Source: an uncultured bacterium
GTDB lineage: Bacteria > Chlamydiota > Chlamydiia > Chlamydiales > SM23-39
Direction of reading: 5' to 3'
Assembly (NCBI GenBank): GCA_965370365.1
Contig: CBDUSP010000003.1
Coordinates: forward strand, 1 to 50,525
DNA: 50,525 bases
Part shown: piece after piece, positions 44,210-50,525 of the stretch
Layout: each line of letters opens with the position of its first letter
Position numbering within the stretch: position 1 is the stretch's first letter
Program-made: the position numbers and the translations under genes
Notes under the pieces: generated by a model
What the model was told of the DNA's origin: nothing
Seen by the model: the letters and a program-made list of their open reading frames with translations, nothing else
Databases searched by the model: none

Positions 44210-47110
44210 GTGAGATTTGACTGTCTTTGCCCAAAGAGCCCCTTATTTGGGCCGCACCTTTTAGAGGCATCAGCTGGAACTGGAAAAACATTTGCAATTG
44301 AACACGTGTTTGTTCGCCTTATTTTGCAAGAGATCCCACTAGAAGAAATTTTGGTTGTAACCTTTACGAGAGCTGCAACGCGCGAGTTAAAAACCCGAAT
44401 ACGATCGAATTTAGAAAAAGCGCTTAACTCTATTTCTGATAGTGCGCCTCTTTGGCCGTATTTAGAGCCGTTTATGAAGTCGGATCAGGCCATTTTTCAT
44501 TTAAGCCAAGCATTAAAAGGGTTTGATCAAGCGCAAATTTTTACAATTCATGGCTTTTGTTTTCGGATGCTTAAAGAGTTTGCTTTTGAGACGGGAAGCC
44601 TTGTTTCAATGGATGATCCAGACCATCCATTTGAGATCTCAAAAAAGATGCGCGCAGCACTTGATCTCTTTTTTAATGAGGGAGTTAAGGATTTGTGTCC
44701 TGAACAACTCTCTCTTCTTTTTTCAAAATACGACACAATAAAAGAAATTGGATCAGCTCTTATCAAAGCAAAAGAGCCTACATCAAAAGGGGTTTCGTTT
44801 GATGCAGGCTCGAAGTTATTTAAATCTAAACTTTCTGCATGGGATCTTACAAACCTTAAGGAAGATTTTGATGCCATCGCTATTAATTACAAAGCAAAAA
44901 AAGGGGACTTTTTAACCCAAGTAGATTTCCTTCAAAAAGGGGATTTTCAAAAGCTCATCTTGCACGGGGGAAGTCTTTTTTCTTTCCTCGCCCCAGAAAA
45001 TAAAAAAGTCCGCGTAAAGACTGCACACTCCTCAGCGTTTTTTGAGTGGGCAGAAAGAGAGCTCGGTCCCATTGTCCTTGATGCATCGAATCGGAAAAAA
45101 ATCTTCGAGACACTTGTATTTGCCTGGAAGAAATGGGAAGTAGAGATTGCATCTCCTGATGAAATTCTAAAAGAGATGAGAGAGGCAATCAAACTGCCCG
45201 CATTTTCGAAGAAACTTGAGGAAAAATTTCAGGCAGTCATTATCGATGAATTTCAAGATACAGACCCAATGCAGTGGGAGATTTTTTATAACACGTTCAT
45301 TATCAAGGACTCTCTAAAAGCGCTCTATTTAGTTGGGGATCCAAAGCAGTCGATTTACCGCTTTCGAAACGCAGATGTTTATACCTATTTTGCAGCAAAA
45401 GAAGCTCTTGGGAAAGAGCATACATATAGACTCGATACAAATTTCCGCTCATCAAAAGATTTGATCGATTCGTTAAATGCCTTGTTTTCAAGAAGCTTTC
45501 TTAAACTTCCAAAAACAAAGGGGGAGATTCCCTATCATCCAGTAAAAGCGGGAAGCAAAATCAAATCTGATTTTGGAGATGAAAAGAAGGCACTTCACTT
45601 TCTTATTGGGGATAAAGACACTTCGTTTATTTCGTATGCAGCTCTTGAAATTGAAAAATTAAACCTTAAATCTGTCGCGATTCTTGTGAAGGATCGCTAT
45701 GAGGGAGAAACAGCACTTAACCTTCTTCGAGAAAGGGGGATTCCCTGCGTTGCAAGAAGTCATGAACCTCTTGGGGGCACTGCAGATTTTCTTTTTTTAA
45801 GAGAATTTTTAGACGCGGTTCTTGTCCCCAATGATGAAAACTTAAAAAGCATTGCAGAAGAGGGACCCTTTTCAACAGATAAATCATTTTCCTATTGGAA
45901 ATCCTATTTAGAAGAAAAGGGGCTCGCAAAATTTTTTACCGCACTCTTTAAAGAGACACCTTTAAGCAATGATCTTAAACAGACAATAGAGGAGATTTTT
46001 GCGTGGGAGCAAAGAGAGGGGTTTTCAGTTGATGGACTTAAGTCCTTTTTAAGAGCGTTTGAAAAATTAGATGCAGAAGAAGGTGCGCGTCGTAAAATGG
46101 ACGGGGTCCAAGATGCCGTCCAAATTCTTACACTTCATGTGAGTAAAGGGCTTGAATTTGATGTTGTTTTTGCACTCGCGCTTGCCTCTGGGTCTCCTGC
46201 ATCTGATGAGGAGCCAGAAGAGTATAACGCAGAGAAGTTAAGACAGCTCTATGTTGCAATGACGCGCGCAAAAAAGAGGCTATACGTTCCGTTTAAAGAG
46301 AAGCTTTCAGAAAAACGGCTCTCTCCAATGGATCTTTTTTTTGAGGGAAAAGATGTCTCTTATATCAAAGATATCTCCTCTAAATACGCAATTTCTTATG
46401 AAGAAGTTCCTTACATGTTTTCAATGCCACCTGTATCAAAAATAGAAGAGCCCGTACTTGAATATAAAATCCCCTCCTTTTCTTACACGCCTTCCTACAT
46501 TCAGTCCTTCACCTCAATGAAAAAAGGGAAAGATGTCCCTATCATCGATTCTTCTGAAGAGATTTTGCCGAGAGGAAAAGAAACGGGTACTGTGATCCAT
46601 GAAGTTTTTGAAGCAATTTTTGCCTCAAAAAATGCGCTATGGAAAGAGGACGAAGCGCTCGATGCATTCATCGAAAAAGAACTTCAGTGGACATCTCTTG
46701 AAGAAGTGACGCCTTTTGTCCAAGCGATGATTCAAGCGACGCTGTCTCATCCTCTTTTTGATGGAAAACAAATTTTTTCACTCAAAGAGCTCTCTCCTGA
46801 CGATATTTTTCCTGAGATGGAGTTTTTCTACACAAAAGGATCTAACTTCATATCGGGGTCAATCGATCTTGTGTTTTTTAGAGAAAAAACGCTCTACTTT
46901 ATCGATTGGAAAACAAACATTCTTCGCAGTCCAACGCCTCAGGGAGTGCAAGAAGTGATGAGGGCTTACGACTACGAATTACAAGCAGCTTTGTATACAG
47001 AGGCCTTAAGGCGCCATTTTGACAAGCCGCTTGATGATTTTTTTGGAGGCGCTTTTTACTTGTTTGTAAGAACAGGTTCTTACACTCACTTTATGCCAAA
47101 ACAATACTAA
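44210..47110 (+). CDS. recB: Exodeoxyribonuclease V beta subunit
   Basis: EASAGTGKT, TFTRAAT, DEFQDTD, GDPKQSIY, SKGLEF, YVAMTRA, nuclease GSIDL..IDWKT..Q..LY. Confidence 0.95.
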   Translation: MRFDCLCPKSPLFGPHLLEASAGTGKTFAIEHVFVRLILQEIPLEEILVVTFTRAATRELKTRIRSNLEKALNSISDSAPLWPYLEPFMKSDQAIFHLSQALKGFDQAQIFTIHGFCFRMLKEFAFETGSLVSMDDPDHPFEISKKMRAALDLFFNEGVKDLCPEQLSLLFSKYDTIKEIGSALIKAKEPTSKGVSFDAGSKLFKSKLSAWDLTNLKEDFDAIAINYKAKKGDFLTQVDFLQKGDFQKLILHGGSLFSFLAPENKKVRVKTAHSSAFFEWAERELGPIVLDASNRKKIFETLVFAWKKWEVEIASPDEILKEMREAIKLPAFSKKLEEKFQAVIIDEFQDTDPMQWEIFYNTFIIKDSLKALYLVGDPKQSIYRFRNADVYTYFAAKEALGKEHTYRLDTNFRSSKDLIDSLNALFSRSFLKLPKTKGEIPYHPVKAGSKIKSDFGDEKKALHFLIGDKDTSFISYAALEIEKLNLKSVAILVKDRYEGETALNLLRERGIPCVARSHEPLGGTADFLFLREFLDAVLVPNDENLKSIAEEGPFSTDKSFSYWKSYLEEKGLAKFFTALFKETPLSNDLKQTIEEIFAWEQREGFSVDGLKSFLRAFEKLDAEEGARRKMDGVQDAVQILTLHVSKGLEFDVVFALALASGSPASDEEPEEYNAEKLRQLYVAMTRAKKRLYVPFKEKLSEKRLSPMDLFFEGKDVSYIKDISSKYAISYEEVPYMFSMPPVSKIEEPVLEYKIPSFSYTPSYIQSFTSMKKGKDVPIIDSSEEILPRGKETGTVIHEVFEAIFASKNALWKEDEALDAFIEKELQWTSLEEVTPFVQAMIQATLSHPLFDGKQIFSLKELSPDDIFPEMEFFYTKGSNFISGSIDLVFFREKTLYFIDWKTNILRSPTPQGVQEVMRAYDYELQAALYTEALRRHFDKPLDDFFGGAFYLFVRTGSYTHFMPKQY

Positions 47111-47244
47111 AAATTAACAAGCTATTAATTTAGAGGCCTGTCTCTTTTTTAAGAAGGTAGCATTACAACTTTTCGATTATACAGAGACTTTTATACATTG
47201 AAGAAATGGGTATGTTCCTATAAACTTGTTTCAGTAATCCAGCT

Positions 47245-47748
47245 TTGGAGGGCGCCTTTATGCGTTTGAGGGGGTCTGAGTTTTTAGATACCGTATGGCT
47301 CGCTGCGGGACTTGCATGTCCTGGTGCCTTTTTGAGCCTAATTGGAGGCCCGTTCATCCACGGAAGCTTGCCCTTTTATGAATGTCCGACAGTAGCTAAA
47401 GTTGAAAGAGCTGTATGGGCAGGTTTGGCCTCTGTTCTGCCTCTTGCATTGCCGTGGTTTTGTTGTCCTAAGACAGGAGTCAGCCCGTTTCCTCTCTTCT
47501 TTATTGGTATAGCGGGTTCTGTTGCTTGTTTAAGGAAAAGAGTTATCGACTTTGATGATCCGAAAGAGGCGAAAGTTAGGGTAGCCCAGTTGGAAGAAAT
47601 GAAACGGCAAGTGCGGTTACTTTCAAGGGAAGAGTTTATCAAGAAGTATCCAACTGAGGGTATTCGGGCTCTCTTGAGTGAAGAGCAAATTATTCATACT
47701 TTGCTTGAATCTCCTGTTGAGAGAAAAGGAGATTCAAGCAAAGTGTGA
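47245..47748 (+). CDS. Hypothetical membrane protein between recB and recD (start uncertain)
   Basis: Three hydrophobic segments followed by a charged helical tail. Confidence 0.55.
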   Translation: MEGAFMRLRGSEFLDTVWLAAGLACPGAFLSLIGGPFIHGSLPFYECPTVAKVERAVWAGLASVLPLALPWFCCPKTGVSPFPLFFIGIAGSVACLRKRVIDFDDPKEAKVRVAQLEEMKRQVRLLSREEFIKKYPTEGIRALLSEEQIIHTLLESPVERKGDSSKV

Positions 47749-47760
47749 TGAGTATGTGCA

Positions 47761-49284
47761 TTGTCTGGTGATAAAAATCCGGGACTTCTCCTGGTGGGTG
47801 ATTTTTTTGCGAAAAAGCTTTTGGGAAATGACTTTTCTGAAGAGAAAGGGAAGTTTGTTGCCTCTGTTTTTCAAAGTGCACGCGAGGGAAATCTGTGCTT
47901 AAAAGCCAAAGGGCCGGCTCTTCCATCATCTGTGATTGAAGAAGGAACTGTGCCTTTTCCAAAAGCTCCGATCGTGCGGGATCAGGATCGCTACTATCTG
48001 CAAAGAAACTGGGCTCTTGAAACACATCTCTTAAATCAAATCAAGCGGCTTACAGGTCGAAAAAGTGAGCTGCCTCTAGATGCAATCGCAGATGAAGAAA
48101 ATCTCTCACCTGATCAAAAAAAAGCAGTAGAGCATCTTTTTTTAAATCCATTCTCTATCTTGTGCGGGGGGCCCGGGACGGGGAAAACCCATACGATCGC
48201 CTATTTTATCCGGGCTTTTTTACGCTCAGTGCCGGATGGGTATCGGATTCTCTTAGCATCGCCTACAGGTAAAGCCGCTTTACATTTGCAATCTTCGATT
48301 CTTTCGAAAGTGGGGATTGAGTGCGAGGCCATGACCCTTCACCGTATGCTGAAGCTAAAGCCCAAAGAAACAAATCTCTTTTCAAGGACAAGAATCGATG
48401 CGCATCTTGTGATTGTCGATGAGGCGTCGATGATGGATGCCTCGCTTTTGGCGCATCTTCTTTCTTCAATAGGTAATGAGACGCGCCTTATTTTAATGGG
48501 GGACCCAAACCAACTTCCTCCTGTTGATGGCCCTGGCATCTTTGCTGAAATGGCGGATCTGCATGGGGTGTTTTTAAAAAAGTGTATGCGGACAGAGGAT
48601 CCTCTTCTTCAACAAGCAGCAGAAGCCGTTTTAGATGGGGATGAAAAAAGCTTTTTTTCTTGTGTAGAGGTAAATGAATTTGATGAAGATTTTCTCTATG
48701 AAAAAATAAGTCCAATGGTCTCTTCTAAAAAAATCGATCCAAAAACCTTTTTCGAGGAGAGCAAAAAGTTGCGGGTGTTGGACATGCTGCGGAAGGGTCC
48801 TTTTGGATTAGAAGCGTTGAATCAAAAGATCTTAGAGAGGATGAGCCGAGATTGTCCAGAAGGATGGTGGTGGGCGGTTCCCATTATGGTGACGGCAAAT
48901 CTTCCCTTGCACAATCTCTACAATGGATCCTCTGGAGTCCTCATTGGGAAAAAACAAGGGAGATTGAATCTTTTCGAAGGAACGGCATTTTTTTCGGAGG
49001 GAGGGATTTTGATAAACCCTCCTCCTCACGAGGTCTCTTTTGTCTTATCTGTTCATAAAAGTCAGGGAAGTGAGTTTGATGAGGTGGTTGCCCTGTTCCC
49101 CCCGGGAAGCGAATCGTTCGGGAAAGAGGCTCTTTATACAGCTGCTACAAGAGCGAAAAAACGGCTAGAAATCATTGGAGAGAAAGAGGTTCTTTCAAAA
49201 ATCTTATCACAGGGCAAGTCTGTTACTTCTGGCTTTAGAGAACGCTACTTGAAGAAAATCATCCATAATTATCATAGAAAATAA
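47761..49284 (+). CDS. recD: Exodeoxyribonuclease V alpha subunit
   Basis: GGPGTGKT, PTGKAA, TLHR, VDEASM, GDPNQLPPV, NG..G, HKSQGSEF, YTA.TRAK. Confidence 0.94.
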   Translation: MSGDKNPGLLLVGDFFAKKLLGNDFSEEKGKFVASVFQSAREGNLCLKAKGPALPSSVIEEGTVPFPKAPIVRDQDRYYLQRNWALETHLLNQIKRLTGRKSELPLDAIADEENLSPDQKKAVEHLFLNPFSILCGGPGTGKTHTIAYFIRAFLRSVPDGYRILLASPTGKAALHLQSSILSKVGIECEAMTLHRMLKLKPKETNLFSRTRIDAHLVIVDEASMMDASLLAHLLSSIGNETRLILMGDPNQLPPVDGPGIFAEMADLHGVFLKKCMRTEDPLLQQAAEAVLDGDEKSFFSCVEVNEFDEDFLYEKISPMVSSKKIDPKTFFEESKKLRVLDMLRKGPFGLEALNQKILERMSRDCPEGWWWAVPIMVTANLPLHNLYNGSSGVLIGKKQGRLNLFEGTAFFSEGGILINPPPHEVSFVLSVHKSQGSEFDEVVALFPPGSESFGKEALYTAATRAKKRLEIIGEKEVLSKILSQGKSVTSGFRERYLKKIIHNYHRK

Positions 49285-49545
49285 TTTAATTTCCTGAAAA
49301 TTAGAATGAACTATGGCGAGCTTTTCAGTGCGACCACTTTCTGCTGTCTTTTGATTCTCCGAACAAGTCTTTTCTTTTTCTTGTAAAGAATGTTGGTCTC
49401 TTCGAAAATATCCCCTTTATTTAGTTCGGATTAGATACCAACAAGGGACTACAATAAATTTTTTTAAATTGTTGATTTTAACCCTCCCCTTTTTTCATGT
49501 TGCGATATTCATGGATTGGGAAGAATAGGAGTAGGAGATATATTT

Positions 49546-50525
49546 ATGAATTTTTCAATAATAGAAAAACTTTCAAACGGTTACCAAGAAGTTCTCCTTC
49601 GTAATCAGGTATTCTCTCTCTATCCTCAAAAAGCCAGACAAGAAATCAGAGCAAACCTGTGGGCAGACGCAGCGAGGTATATAAGAAGTTGGGGGGGAGA
49701 GCAGACTGAACAGACAATATCGACCCTGGCACAATCTATCTTCTATCTGGAAATGAGAAGTAATTCCTCTGCTACAGAACACCTGTTTAGGATGATACGA
49801 AAGCTTGATCCAAAAGAAAGGGATGAAGCAGTGTCCCTCGCAAAATCTTTTCTTAGTCCGGAAATGGGCGTCCAGGAAACCGTATGGGTAGTTAGGAAAA
49901 TTCTGAAGGAAAGAAAAGGTGCGGTAAACCAGGAGGGATTTCCCATTCCTCGTGAAGGGACAGACCACGATGCAAAGAATCTAATTGGGCAATTCGATCC
50001 TAGACGACTCTTTCAGGGAGAAGACCTTGTCTCACTCCTGGAGGATGTCGAGAAGATCCAAGATCCATCCAATAATTATAAGGTTGTCGATTTTCTGGTG
50101 AAGTCTTTTGGGGTTTCTATGGATAAGGATCTGTTTGAGCGACTTTTCCAGGTTATTCAGACGATGACAGATAATACGGAGAAGGGGCGTGCTTTTGGAG
50201 ATCTTATTAATTTCGGGGACAGGCACATCGATCAAGAGGTATTGGAGCGCATCTTAAAGGCCCTTAAAGGCATAGATTGTGATTTAGGGAAGCAATGGAT
50301 TATTGAAGCTTTGTGTAAGTCCTGTAAAGACCTTGCAAGAGAACCAAAAAACATTCCTCGACTAATCGCAATTGCTGAGGCGATGGAATATCAGATGGGG
50401 AAACAAGAAGTCATCTCAGAACTTATATGTCTTTCTAAGATCTTTATGGATAAGGCTCTATTTAAGCGATTTTTCCAGGTTATTCAGACGATGACAGATA
50501 ATACGGAGAAGGGGCGTGCTTTTGG
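49546..50525 (+). CDS. Partial helical-repeat protein (runs off the window; missing from the ORF track), candidate effector
   Basis: AGGAG RBS, open frame MNFSIIEKLS... to the window end. MDKxLFxRxFQVIQTMTDNTEKGRAF is repeated at 50119 and 50446 (327 bp period). Confidence 0.8.
   Translation, partial: MNFSIIEKLSNGYQEVLLRNQVFSLYPQKARQEIRANLWADAARYIRSWGGEQTEQTISTLAQSIFYLEMRSNSSATEHLFRMIRKLDPKERDEAVSLAKSFLSPEMGVQETVWVVRKILKERKGAVNQEGFPIPREGTDHDAKNLIGQFDPRRLFQGEDLVSLLEDVEKIQDPSNNYKVVDFLVKSFGVSMDKDLFERLFQVIQTMTDNTEKGRAFGDLINFGDRHIDQEVLERILKALKGIDCDLGKQWIIEALCKSCKDLAREPKNIPRLIAIAEAMEYQMGKQEVISELICLSKIFMDKALFKRFFQVIQTMTDNTEKGRAF

Overview
This window is chromosomal DNA from a Chlamydiota bacterium, probably an environmental (non-Chlamydiaceae) lineage. 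The evidence is a topA-SWIB fusion, long tandem-type thyX, MOMP-like 'PVGNP' proteins, a CT623-like outer membrane protein, and many ankyrin, LRR and solenoid effector-like genes. The housekeeping backbone is uvrB, thyX, topA, pgsA, rpoN, uvrD/pcrA, tRNA-Ala(GGC), mreC, mutY, psd and recC-recB-recD. Four things stand out. (1) A three-gene operon encodes an APC antiporter, an OprB/AaxA-like porin and a pyruvoyl-dependent HISTIDINE decarboxylase. It has the architecture of chlamydial AaxABC but is predicted to make and export histamine. (2) Three separate cargo blocks (3.6-8.3, 13.75-16.3 and 25.4-27.0 kb) are each flanked by diverged duplicates of neighbouring core sequence that differ mostly at synonymous sites, which points to additive integration of DNA from a related chlamydia. 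(3) A family of 30-37 aa helical-repeat proteins is present: one has hypervariable positions in each repeat, and one has a mitochondrial-presequence-like N-terminus and an in-frame TAG. (4) There are at least three families of short palindromic MITE-like elements, one of which split the ancestral recC/recB overlap. All family assignments come from recognised motifs; no database search was run.
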